Positions 11,259 through 20,495 of a stretch of 64,000 bases of DNA are shown here, piece after piece; within the stretch, counting starts at the first letter, position 1, and every line of letters begins with the position of its first letter. The stretch is from an uncultured Rickettsiales bacterium. Its GTDB lineage: Bacteria; Pseudomonadota; Alphaproteobacteria; Rickettsiales; CAIJLX01. The notes beneath the pieces were generated by a model that worked only from the letters and a program-made list of their open reading frames with translations, made no database searches and was not told where the DNA came from. Location: the NCBI GenBank assembly GCA_964414595.1, contig CAYPXJ010000002.1:22328-86327 (forward strand). Reading direction: 5' to 3'. Made by a program: the position numbers and the translations under genes.

Positions 11259-12488
11259 ATGAACCAAAAGCCTTATGTACTTTTAATAGCACCCCATGCA
11301 CCTCCTAGAAATGGTGCAGAAGCTATTCAAGTACGGCGCATTCTCAAAGAGTTAGATATACAGGCCACAGGACGCCTCATTACTGTAGCGCCGGAGGCAG
11401 CTTCATGGGTACATCACGATGCGTCTCTCGAGCTAAAGCTCAACCATTTCGATACACAAAGTCTTAGGCTTCCTTTCCATCGCCTGACTAGCCGTGTGTT
11501 TATGTCACAGCGATTCAGACTTTTTCATATGCCTGATTCGCTATGCTGGATCCAGTTGCAAGCAGGGACAGTAATCAAACAGCTTACTAAAAAACCTGAT
11601 ATTTTATACTCCAGATCTTTCCCTCTCAGTGCAGCATTATTGGCGCGAGGGCTTAAAAAGCAGTTATCTATTCCTTGGATTATGCACTTAAGCGATCCCT
11701 GGGCCGATAGTCCCTTTACATTGCCAGATCGGCGGCATGCAAAACTAGAAGCCGCGTGCTTTGAGCAAGCAAACCTTATTACGTTAACTGCACAAGGTCA
11801 GGCAGATTTTTACAAAAACAAATATCCTCAATTCGCAAACAAAATAATCGTTTTACCTAACGTAATGCCTGATGTTGAGGAATCAGGTAAATGGGTGCAA
11901 CACCTACTTGCAGCAGATGACCGCTTACATATTGTTTTCGCAGGTAGCCTTTATGGTAGCCGTTCACCCAAACCTTTATTAGATGCGCTCGATATTATTC
12001 GCCAGTCGCAACCTGAGTTACTAAAAAAACTTCGCATTGATTTTTATGGAAAAACGCAGGATCACATACTTAAGCTATTGCAAAGCAGCCCGGATATTCG
12101 CTATCGCGGTGCCGTTTCTTATGCCGAGGCATGCGCAGTACAATACGCCTCCGATATCGCCCTAACCATCGAAGCGGATAGTGAACATCCCTTAATCAAA
12201 GCAACCTTACTATCTAAAGTGACGGATTGCTTTGCCCTGGGAAAACCAATGCTGTCTATTACACCGGAAGGCAGTGAAACGGAGCGGATTTGCAAGAGTG
12301 GTTATGGTTGGTCTGCGGCGCCTTCAAACCCACAGGAAATTGCAAAACTTCTTTGTGGCCTGGTAGAAAAACTTCCAGAATTGCGTGCAGCAAAACCAAA
12401 GCCAGCTCCTGAATATTATCAGGCTGAGCGTGTTGTCAGCGGTTTACTTACCCAGATGCAAAAACTTATCGAGGAAAGTAATCGGTGA
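11259..12488 (+). CDS. putative glycosyltransferase (GT-B-like)
   Basis: 409 aa, two-lobed Rossmann-like pattern (HIVFAGSLYGSRSP..., LGKPMLSITPEGSE). Operonic, with coupled stop/start on both sides. Motifs are weaker than in the other GTs. Confidence 0.6.
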   Translation: MNQKPYVLLIAPHAPPRNGAEAIQVRRILKELDIQATGRLITVAPEAASWVHHDASLELKLNHFDTQSLRLPFHRLTSRVFMSQRFRLFHMPDSLCWIQLQAGTVIKQLTKKPDILYSRSFPLSAALLARGLKKQLSIPWIMHLSDPWADSPFTLPDRRHAKLEAACFEQANLITLTAQGQADFYKNKYPQFANKIIVLPNVMPDVEESGKWVQHLLAADDRLHIVFAGSLYGSRSPKPLLDALDIIRQSQPELLKKLRIDFYGKTQDHILKLLQSSPDIRYRGAVSYAEACAVQYASDIALTIEADSEHPLIKATLLSKVTDCFALGKPMLSITPEGSETERICKSGYGWSAAPSNPQEIAKLLCGLVEKLPELRAAKPKPAPEYYQAERVVSGLLTQMQKLIEESNR

Positions 12489-13627
12489 CATCTCCTCGTG
12501 TGCTCCTGCTGGGCTATTACGGCAAAGGCAATTTTGGCGATGATGTCTTGCTCACCGTTACCTACAAACTTTTAAAGCGCGAAATACCTCACGGTGTATT
12601 CCATACGATTATTGACGATGAAAAGGGCTATGTGACCTCGTTGTTTCAGGACATCACAATTCTAAAATCCGGCTACCATGGGCATTTTGATGTGATCGTG
12701 CATGGGGGGGGTGGTGTATTTTTTGATTTTAAGGCACATGGGGCTGGCACAAAATTGTTAGAGAATGTTTTTGAAATTCTCGGCGCACCAACTTATCTAA
12801 AGCTAGAGCGATTCGTGCGTAAAATGACGCGTAAACGCCGCACCTCGACCACGCATCGTGTTGGGTTAGGTATCGGCGTTGGCCCTTTTTCTCGTGGTTC
12901 AATAAGCCTGTGGCGTGATCGCCTGCCTATACTTGCTGATTTTGATGCGTTATGGGTACGCGATGCTCAAAGCCTAGATAATCTAAAGCGTTTTGCACCC
13001 GTCATGACTTCAGAAATTATTCGTGGTTCTGATTTAGCTTTTTTAACCGAACATTGGTTACCCGCCTTAGCGCCCAAGCACCGCTCTTTCCGCCCACGTC
13101 TGGGAATCATTCTGCGCGATTGGCCTGAAGAGACTGGGGGCACTCCTTACCCGTTACTTACGTCGATTTTTTCAAAGCTTGCCCAAACTTACGAGGTCAC
13201 GGGCTTTATTTTTGATCAGCGGCAGGATCCTAAATTACGATCCTTACTGGCAGCATTCACCACACATATTTGGCAGCCGCATACCATGCGCCTTGAAGAT
13301 TTTGCCCATCACCTGCACGGGCAGGATGTACTGTTGACCAGTCGGGCCCATGGAGCAATCTGCGGCGCCTGCCTTGGCGTTCCCAGCGTCATCGTCAACA
13401 TCGAACCCAAGCTGGAGCAAGTGCACAAGATGTTGCCGAATGCCACCCAGCTTGTCGCCGCCAATCGCACGGATGATTGGGAACAAGCGATTAAGAACGC
13501 ACTGAACACCTCGAGCGAATCAATCGCTGCTGATGTCGCCCACAATCGCCAATCTTCCACCGAGGCACTCGCAAAAATACGCCCCTATTTCTTAACCAAA
13601 AACGATGTTGGCGATGTGTTTTTATAG
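12485..13627 (+). CDS. polysaccharide pyruvyl transferase (CsaB/WcaK-like)
   Basis: GTG start overlapping the upstream TGA. N-terminal LLLGYYGKGNFGDDVLL signature and C-terminal LLTSRAHGAICGACLGVPSV. Confidence 0.8.
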   Translation: MTSPRVLLLGYYGKGNFGDDVLLTVTYKLLKREIPHGVFHTIIDDEKGYVTSLFQDITILKSGYHGHFDVIVHGGGGVFFDFKAHGAGTKLLENVFEILGAPTYLKLERFVRKMTRKRRTSTTHRVGLGIGVGPFSRGSISLWRDRLPILADFDALWVRDAQSLDNLKRFAPVMTSEIIRGSDLAFLTEHWLPALAPKHRSFRPRLGIILRDWPEETGGTPYPLLTSIFSKLAQTYEVTGFIFDQRQDPKLRSLLAAFTTHIWQPHTMRLEDFAHHLHGQDVLLTSRAHGAICGACLGVPSVIVNIEPKLEQVHKMLPNATQLVAANRTDDWEQAIKNALNTSSESIAADVAHNRQSSTEALAKIRPYFLTKNDVGDVFL

Positions 13628-14523
13628 CCTGTCAGGTAAAATAAATCCGGCGCTGTAGTATAATAATATTCCTTTTGAAACACATCGCATTGCAGACCCT
13701 CTATGTTAGCCTCCGCTTGTCTGCCCCATCGCACCCACTCGAACTGGTGCGGTATTTTGTCATAGTGCATCACCATCTGTACGGTAGGAATCGGTGGCCA
13801 GTCATCCGAATGAATGGCAAATACTGATAAATCATCATCTGCAATGATATACGGAATGCCCTTTGTTCTGCACCATTGCAAGCGGTCATAATGCGACACG
13901 TGGTCATCCAGCAGCGCCAATATTTTATTCCCTACAATCGGTTCCTGAAAGCCTTCTATATCATGCTCAAAATAGCGAGCTTTGGGGGATCGATGTTCCA
14001 CTTTCGAAAGGTTAATATCAAAACAATAGAGCTTCGTCTGCGGTGTGCTGGCCGCATCCAGAAGTGCGGTGCTAAAACCTCGCCACACGCCTGATTCCAC
14101 AACGGCATCTGGATTCACCACCTTCGTGAAACAATAGACAAGCAACCCATTATTATACCCCATTCCACCATGAAGGTTTGAAATTGTGATCTGTTTGAAT
14201 ACTTGGTTATAAGCCGCAATATACTGCTGAATATCTTGAATAGAAGCCTCAAGGCCCAACGATGATAAAAATTCTTTTATTTTTTCTGCCAACGCTTGAT
14301 TCCTATCCGCCAAAACCCGTGGATTGAGTATCACAGAATGCTGTTCATCTCGTTTAAGATTGCTGGTTTTGGAAATCTGAACTCCCAACAATTTTTCAAC
14401 CTGTTGCTTGAAAAACTTGATTAACTGGATGACACGCGATGAAAAACTCTGGCTGGCTTTACCTTCTTCGAATCGCCAATAACCCGTGGTCGTTCGATAC
14501 TGCGCCTTGTCATATGTCTTCAT
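13585..14523 (-). CDS. hypothetical protein, possible class I SAM-dependent methyltransferase fold
   Basis: VVESGVWRGFSTALL followed by KLYCFDIN resembles motif I / the acidic beta-2 end of TylF/CmcI-like methyltransferases. Otherwise unrecognised. Confidence 0.4.
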   Translation of the reverse strand: MKTYDKAQYRTTTGYWRFEEGKASQSFSSRVIQLIKFFKQQVEKLLGVQISKTSNLKRDEQHSVILNPRVLADRNQALAEKIKEFLSSLGLEASIQDIQQYIAAYNQVFKQITISNLHGGMGYNNGLLVYCFTKVVNPDAVVESGVWRGFSTALLDAASTPQTKLYCFDINLSKVEHRSPKARYFEHDIEGFQEPIVGNKILALLDDHVSHYDRLQWCRTKGIPYIIADDDLSVFAIHSDDWPPIPTVQMVMHYDKIPHQFEWVRWGRQAEANIEGLQCDVFQKEYYYTTAPDLFYLTGYKNTSPTSFLVKK

Positions 14524-14594
14524 AGTTTGAACTCACCAAGAATAGTGTATGTATAGTTATCAGGGTGACTATATAGCCTGAGAACAAAAAATCT

Positions 14595-15842
14595 ATGACA
14601 GAAAAAAGTTCATACCGTCCTAAAGTTCTGATGTTGATGACGCACCTAGGGTATGGCGGTGCGGAAACCTCGTTTATTCGCCTGGCAAACTTTCTTTCAA
14701 CCAGGATGGATGTTCGTGTAGCTTTATTCACAGAAAATTATGGTTCGCTCGGTTACTCACTTGGCCATGAAGCATTGCAGCCGCCCATCACGATGCTCAG
14801 TGATTCAGTGAAAAACTTTTTTCAGCGTTGGTGGCAGCGCATCACCACCTTGCGGCGGCTTAAAAAACAGCACGATGTGTGCATCAGTTTTTTATCGGGA
14901 CCCAACCTGTTAAATGTCTTGGCAGGCGTGAACAATAAAACCATCATCTCATTACGCGGGCCGCGGGCACATGATGCCAATGCCATGGGCCTTAAGCGGC
15001 GTATTTTCCAACATCTGTTAGACCCGCTCATTCTCAATTTTGCGGCAAAAATTGTTCCGGTTTCTTCTGGGTTATGCAACGAAGTTCACCAGTTAGGTGG
15101 GCCTTGGAACCTCTCGAAAGTCACCGTCATTCCACCGTTTATTTTTGCACAAACTAACTTTAGCCGCGCGCTGGAAGTGCCTCCAGAACATTTTATTGGG
15201 CTCAAAGGTCAACCCGTGATCGTTGCAGCAGGCCGTGTTTCTGTTGAAAAAAACTTTCAGCATCTCATCCGTGTATTTACTCGTGTAGCACAAAACGTAC
15301 CGGGAGCTAAACTTTTACTGATTGGAGATGGACCCATGTTGCCGGCCCTGCAGCAGCAATGTACTGAGGCTGGGTTAGCGATGGATGATCCCACTCCAGG
15401 CAAAACCTCTGTGCTGTTTGCTGGATACCAAAAAAATCCCCTACAGTTTATGACGCTGGGGCGTGTGTTTGCCTTGCCATCGGGCACCGAGGGTGTGCCC
15501 AATATTTTACTGGAGGCTATGTGCGCCGGCACGCCAGTCATCGCAGCGGATGCGGCCTGGGGTGCCCGTTCCATACTTACGCATGATAATCTTTATAAGA
15601 AAAAGCCTTATCCTCTTGATCGCGTTTATGAAGCTGAATATGGGCTTTTGTTGCCGCGTATTGATAATCCACGCTACGACGAGGAATGGATACGAGCGCT
15701 GACTGATGCCTTGCAAAAGGATAGCTTGAGTGCACATTATGTCGAAAAAGCGCGTCAGCGCGTGCTGGATTATGACTGGGATGTGGTTGCACCGCGCTGG
15801 TTAGCGGTAATTCACGATCTTCTCAAAAGTACCAAGCCATGA
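14595..15842 (+). CDS. glycosyltransferase family 4
   Basis: GYGGAETSFIRLAN N-terminal lobe and SGTEGVPNILLEAMCAGTPVIAAD C-terminal motif. Confidence 0.82.
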   Translation: MTEKSSYRPKVLMLMTHLGYGGAETSFIRLANFLSTRMDVRVALFTENYGSLGYSLGHEALQPPITMLSDSVKNFFQRWWQRITTLRRLKKQHDVCISFLSGPNLLNVLAGVNNKTIISLRGPRAHDANAMGLKRRIFQHLLDPLILNFAAKIVPVSSGLCNEVHQLGGPWNLSKVTVIPPFIFAQTNFSRALEVPPEHFIGLKGQPVIVAAGRVSVEKNFQHLIRVFTRVAQNVPGAKLLLIGDGPMLPALQQQCTEAGLAMDDPTPGKTSVLFAGYQKNPLQFMTLGRVFALPSGTEGVPNILLEAMCAGTPVIAADAAWGARSILTHDNLYKKKPYPLDRVYEAEYGLLLPRIDNPRYDEEWIRALTDALQKDSLSAHYVEKARQRVLDYDWDVVAPRWLAVIHDLLKSTKP

Positions 15843-17788
15843 AATACCGCCCTGAAATTGATGGCTTACGCGCTTTGGCGGTGATACCCGTCATTCTATT
15901 TCATGGCGGGTCGAATATTTTCAGTGGCGGCTTTTTGGGCGTGGATATCTTTTTTGTGATCTCCGGCTATTTGATTACAGGGATTATTCTTGAAGAATTA
16001 TCGCAGGGTCGTTTTTCGCTGAAGCATTTTTATGCCCGCCGGGCGCGACGAATTTTACCGGCACTTTTTTGTGTCATACTAGTGTGTATTCCCTTTGCTT
16101 GGGTTTGGATGTTGCCTTCGCAATATCAGGATTTTTCGCGCAGTTTGCTTGCCGTGATTGGTTTTGTTTCCAATATATTTTTCTGGCAGCAAAGTGGTTA
16201 TTTTGCGGCCGCCGCCGAAGAGAAACCTTTGCTCCACACTTGGAGCCTGGCGGTTGAAGAACAATTCTACTTACTATTCCCGCTGGTGTTATGGCTCGTA
16301 TGGAAATATGGCAAACGGCAGACCTATCTGTGGGTTGGCCTAGCTGCTCTCGCCAGCCTTATGTTGAGTGAATATGCCTCGCGCTACCATGTCAACGCCA
16401 ACTTCTTTTTGTTACCCACTCGCGCCTGGGAATTAATGATCGGCGCGCTTTGTGCGCTGGTTCACCATCAAACGCCTACGCAAAAAAATAATGTAGCGGC
16501 ATCCCTTGGCCTAGGGTTCGTCGTCGTAGCGCTTATTACTTACAACGAATCGATGCGCCTGCCTTCCCTTTATTCTGCTTTACCGGTGGTTGGCACGGCG
16601 CTGATGCTGCTTTATGCCACGCAGAGAACTTGGGTTGCAAAGCTGCTTTCAGTGCGAATCATGGTCGGCATTGGCCTTATCAGTTACAGCGCCTATTTGT
16701 GGCATCAGCCGTTATTTGCCTTTACCCGCATTCGCACCTATCAAGAAATATCCCCCTTCATGGTGCTGGGGCTTACGCTTTTATCCCTCGCGCTGGCCGC
16801 CATCACATGGAAGTACGTTGAGCAGCCATTTCGTAACAAGCAGCACTCACGATATGTACCTAATCGTCGTGCTTTGCCTCTGGCTCTTGTGACAGCCTTT
16901 CTATTGCTTGCCGCTGGAGCGCATGGCGGCTTCACCTCTCAGCACCAAAGCCATTGGGAAAAGCACGCCACACCGCAACAAATACGCGCCTATCAATTAC
17001 TCGAAGAAGCAAAACAGCAACCCGCCTATCATGATAACGATGATTGTGTTTTTCGCATCAAATCCCTGACCTCAGAAGTAGAGTCACGATTGCTTTCTTG
17101 CCACAAGAAATATGGCAAAGGGCTGGCGATTCTTGGTGATTCACACGCGATGGATCTCTACTACATGCTGGAATCGCAATTGGAGCATCGAAAATTCGTG
17201 GCCGATTTTTCGCAAGGCAAATGCCGGGCTCACTCTCCGCTGCCTATCTGCGTTTATGATAAATTTCCGCATTTGATAAAAAACAACTCAGCACTTTTTG
17301 ATACCATCATCTATGAGCAAGCGGGTTCGCACCTGTTGCTCGATAGCCATCAGCGAGAAATTGATAGCTCATTTTTCTCAGGCTTACCTTTGAATTCTGC
17401 TGTGCCTGATCTAGCGTTTAATGGCCCCTATATAGACACGGTGATCGCTTATCTTCTGCCGTTCACGAAGCATAGCAAGGTCATCTGGCTAGGGCCACGT
17501 ATAGAGCCACAAATCAATGAAAATGCCGTGATCCAATTTGGTTGCGATTATCCCTTTATGCTGCGACAAAATCAGGCCGAAACATTCCAGCAACTGGATC
17601 GCGCCATTCAATCTAAACTTTACGATATGCCTATCGTGTATTACTCACAAATTGATATGATAAAATTCGATATGGCCAAAGATTTTATTTCCTGCGACCG
17701 AACCTACTTTATGGATGGCGATCATTATAGTCCTGAGGGCGAACGCTCGTTTGGTCAGCGTATTCCGTCAACATTTTTAGCGCCATGA
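15839..17788 (+). CDS. O-acyltransferase (acyltransferase_3 membrane domain fused to an SGNH-like domain, OafA/YrhL-like)
   Basis: MKYRPEIDGLRALAVIPVILFH signature, about 10 TM segments, and a C-terminal soluble domain with ILGDSHAMD (SGNH block I). Confidence 0.88.
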   Translation: MKYRPEIDGLRALAVIPVILFHGGSNIFSGGFLGVDIFFVISGYLITGIILEELSQGRFSLKHFYARRARRILPALFCVILVCIPFAWVWMLPSQYQDFSRSLLAVIGFVSNIFFWQQSGYFAAAAEEKPLLHTWSLAVEEQFYLLFPLVLWLVWKYGKRQTYLWVGLAALASLMLSEYASRYHVNANFFLLPTRAWELMIGALCALVHHQTPTQKNNVAASLGLGFVVVALITYNESMRLPSLYSALPVVGTALMLLYATQRTWVAKLLSVRIMVGIGLISYSAYLWHQPLFAFTRIRTYQEISPFMVLGLTLLSLALAAITWKYVEQPFRNKQHSRYVPNRRALPLALVTAFLLLAAGAHGGFTSQHQSHWEKHATPQQIRAYQLLEEAKQQPAYHDNDDCVFRIKSLTSEVESRLLSCHKKYGKGLAILGDSHAMDLYYMLESQLEHRKFVADFSQGKCRAHSPLPICVYDKFPHLIKNNSALFDTIIYEQAGSHLLLDSHQREIDSSFFSGLPLNSAVPDLAFNGPYIDTVIAYLLPFTKHSKVIWLGPRIEPQINENAVIQFGCDYPFMLRQNQAETFQQLDRAIQSKLYDMPIVYYSQIDMIKFDMAKDFISCDRTYFMDGDHYSPEGERSFGQRIPSTFLAP

Positions 17789-18912
17789 ACCAACCCCAAA
17801 ACAACACGCTACCTGTATTATATTTGGTTGATGGCTCGGTGGCCGTCACCGGCGCATTTATATCTGCGCGTAATATGGCGCGCGTGTTGAAAAATTCGAT
17901 GCGCGTCGTACTTGTTCTGCCGCGTGAAAGTACGATTCCTGCTGAAGAGTTGAAAGATTTTTGGCGTGTCGACTATCTACCAATCGTGGGTTTATCCAAG
18001 AGGATCTCCCCGTTGCTTCGCTATGTTCCTTCGCTTTTTATCGCCTCGTGGCATTTGCTAAAGAGAATGAGAAACGATGGCGCTGATGCTTTGCTGCTGA
18101 ATGATTTTTATTTGATGCATGGTGCCGTTCTGCGTCTATTTGGGTTTAAGGGAAAAATCATCTCATGGGTGCGGTGTGACCCAAAGCGCTTTGCCGGCTT
18201 TCTGGCACAGCCTATTCTTTGGCTGGCAGCAAATAGCGCTAATCACATAGTTGCTGTGTCCAACTATATTCGGTCGCTTTTACCGGCACATTTCTCGGTT
18301 CAGACGATCCACAATTGTTACCGCGGGACACCCCGAACACCAAGAGTTTGGCAGCCAGATGACATTAAAACCTTCGTCTATATTGGTAACTATATCTATG
18401 GCAAAGGTCAGGATATTGCACTGCAAGCTTTTGCTGTGGCGGCCAAAAACGATTCAACATTGCAGCTGGAATTTTACGGCGGCGATATGGGGCTTGAAAA
18501 AAATTGCCGCTTTCGCGAGCAGTTACAAGCACAGGCGCAACAGCTGTATATTTCCGATCGCGTATCGTTTCATGATTTTCATGCTGATACGTTTTCGATA
18601 CTTGAGAGGGCTTTTGCCGCGCTAAATTTTTCCTTCTCCGAGTCGTTCTCGATGACGGTGCTGGAAGCTTCCGGCGTCGGCGTACCGGTGATTGCCACGG
18701 CTTCCGGTGGGCCGCAGGAAATTACGCAGGAGGGTATCACTGCCTATATTATTCCAGTCGGCGATGTGAATGCCGCAGCCGATCGCATGCTTACGTTGGC
18801 GAAAAACCCTGATCTCGCCGCGAAGATGGGCAAGGCTGGCGCAGTGCATGTACAGCAGCATTTTTCCGCTGATGCGCTTCGTTCTAAACTGCTTTCCATA
18901 CTTACTTTATAA
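17785..18912 (+). CDS. glycosyltransferase family 4
   Basis: SESFSMTVLEASGVGVPVIATASGGPQEI motif. ATGA overlap with the upstream gene. Confidence 0.82.
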   Translation: MNQPQNNTLPVLYLVDGSVAVTGAFISARNMARVLKNSMRVVLVLPRESTIPAEELKDFWRVDYLPIVGLSKRISPLLRYVPSLFIASWHLLKRMRNDGADALLLNDFYLMHGAVLRLFGFKGKIISWVRCDPKRFAGFLAQPILWLAANSANHIVAVSNYIRSLLPAHFSVQTIHNCYRGTPRTPRVWQPDDIKTFVYIGNYIYGKGQDIALQAFAVAAKNDSTLQLEFYGGDMGLEKNCRFREQLQAQAQQLYISDRVSFHDFHADTFSILERAFAALNFSFSESFSMTVLEASGVGVPVIATASGGPQEITQEGITAYIIPVGDVNAAADRMLTLAKNPDLAAKMGKAGAVHVQQHFSADALRSKLLSILTL

Positions 18913-18998
18913 TTCAAGCATAAATCAGCCCCAGCCATGGGCTGCGTAACAAGTCTGATCTTCAGTTTGAGTAGATAGCGGGAAATTGGCTATGGGAT

Positions 18999-19045
18999 TG
19001 GTTGCGGGGGCTGGATTTGAACCAACGACCTTCAGGTTATGAGCC
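18999..19045 (-). repeat. int-distal att repeat: displaced 3' part (47 nt, anticodon stem G31 to CCA) of tRNA-fMet
   Basis: tggttgcgggggctggatttgaaccaacgaccttcaggttatgagcc matches 57548-57594 at 42/47 positions. It lacks the 5' half of the tRNA. Sequence diverges immediately after ...gagcc. Confidence 0.9.
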
Positions 19046-19091
19046 CGCATACCCACATTCTATCCTATTGATATTTTAAGGGCTTTTTTAG

Positions 19092-19135
19092 GCGCGATAT
19101 GTTTTGTGCGAGATTTTGTGCGAAAAATTTGCGCA
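19092..19135 (+). promoter_or_regulatory. candidate arm-type recombinase-binding repeats (GCGCGATA; TGTGCGA x2 plus a degenerate TTGCGCA)
   Basis: GCGCGATA at 19092-19099 and TGTGCGA at 19105-19111 and 19117-19123. The same two motifs recur at the other ICE end (57421-57510). Confidence 0.5.
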
Positions 19136-19164
19136 GAAATCCGCTAATTAGGAAATCCAACCAA

Positions 19165-20337
19165 TTAGATATATTCTCTTCTTGTAACCTGAGCGATTAG
19201 TTTCCAAATTTTGTCGCTGCGCTGATTCATGGGATTACGTAGATCAAGTTGTTCTTCCGCCCACCGTATCCATTGCTCCATTGTTTTGTCGCCTAGCTCT
19301 CTTGAGTCGTCCCTAGGCATTTGCTTTAACTTTGACAGGAACCTACGGGCAGTTTCCACCTCTTGCCATATATTCGCCATATTGATGAAACATTGCCAGC
19401 GGTCATCTTCCTGTTTCCGATACCGCTCCTCCTCCAGGCGTTGTTGTCGCTTGATTTCTGATTGACGCTTTTCCTCTTCTTCTTGTTTTCTCCTTGCAAC
19501 AAAAAGAGGAATTGCGGCAAGAATTGTTGCCACGATATCCGCTAACATATCTTCCATTGTATGATTGGAAGATTCTACCCACTCATGGCGCATATTCTCA
19601 GGCAGCCAGGTTCTTATCGTGAACACCAGGCAACCTGTGGGCACCAACTCACGCATGGTGGTTCTGTCTCTATAGAAAACTGACTCCTTTTCTTCTTCGG
19701 TGAGAGGTCTGTATATTTGTTTCAGCTTCTCTCGCATATTGAATTCCACCTCTTCTTGTTTGAATTCTACAGCCAGCCCTCCCCTATCATTTTGCTTTAT
19801 CTTGCCGCCTTTTGCTTCCAGTGCATTAAACAATCCTTGTAGGATAAGGTGGATGCGCTTATCGGTTCCAGTTAATTTCTCTGGTTTCCATATTTGTCGC
19901 CGCACAGGATCGAATTCCCTCCGATATTGCGCCCATTGGTTCTCATTTTCCTTAAGCCATTTTCCAATGATAGGATGTGGTTTCACCAGTCGCTTTGGTA
20001 TATGAATACGCGGATTCTTAAGGCGCATCTCAGCTATCGCCGCTTTTACCTCTGGCCGCACCTTCTTATTTAATGAAGTGGCACGAATGTAAGCACCCTT
20101 TGGCGTATTTTCTTTCTGTGTCGGCAATTTTCGGGTCGTTACGTTATATCCCGCTGCTTTCTTTGCCCAATATCCACGTGCCGGATATGGCACGTTTAGA
20201 CGGTCACAGATTTTCCGCAGACCGCTATCCGAAACCCCATACTGACCAGCGAGCTTACTCATGGGTGTCTGCCAGACCTGAACATATAATTCTTCACGGG
20301 TGACTAGTTTCCCTTTTGATGGTATCTCAGAATTCAT
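19165..20337 (-). CDS. hypothetical protein (N-terminal conserved basic domain, central region, charged coiled-coil C-terminal part)
   Basis: 390 aa. N-terminus TREELYVQVWQTPMSKLAGQYGVSDSGLRKICDRLNVPYPARGYWAKK. Later RRKQEEEEKRQSEIKRQQRLEEERYRKQ. Divergent from the helicase gene and AT-rich. Confidence 0.6.
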   Translation of the reverse strand: MNSEIPSKGKLVTREELYVQVWQTPMSKLAGQYGVSDSGLRKICDRLNVPYPARGYWAKKAAGYNVTTRKLPTQKENTPKGAYIRATSLNKKVRPEVKAAIAEMRLKNPRIHIPKRLVKPHPIIGKWLKENENQWAQYRREFDPVRRQIWKPEKLTGTDKRIHLILQGLFNALEAKGGKIKQNDRGGLAVEFKQEEVEFNMREKLKQIYRPLTEEEKESVFYRDRTTMRELVPTGCLVFTIRTWLPENMRHEWVESSNHTMEDMLADIVATILAAIPLFVARRKQEEEEKRQSEIKRQQRLEEERYRKQEDDRWQCFINMANIWQEVETARRFLSKLKQMPRDDSRELGDKTMEQWIRWAEEQLDLRNPMNQRSDKIWKLIAQVTRREYI

Positions 20338-20495
20338 GTAGCCTCCCCTTGTCTTCTTTGCTAATCAAACTTCTCTATTATCAATAGATTAAAAGAAATA
20401 TTGGCAAGGTATTAGCATCCTTTATTATATACGCAAGATTTGCCTGAGTATTTATCAGCGACGCTAAAAAAACTTAGAATCAGAATGAGATACCA

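Noticed and set aside
18999-19045. Possible second tRNA gene or tRNA pseudogene
   Set aside because: Only the 3' 47 nt are present, with no acceptor 5' strand or D arm. It is better explained as the displaced att half-site of the ICE.
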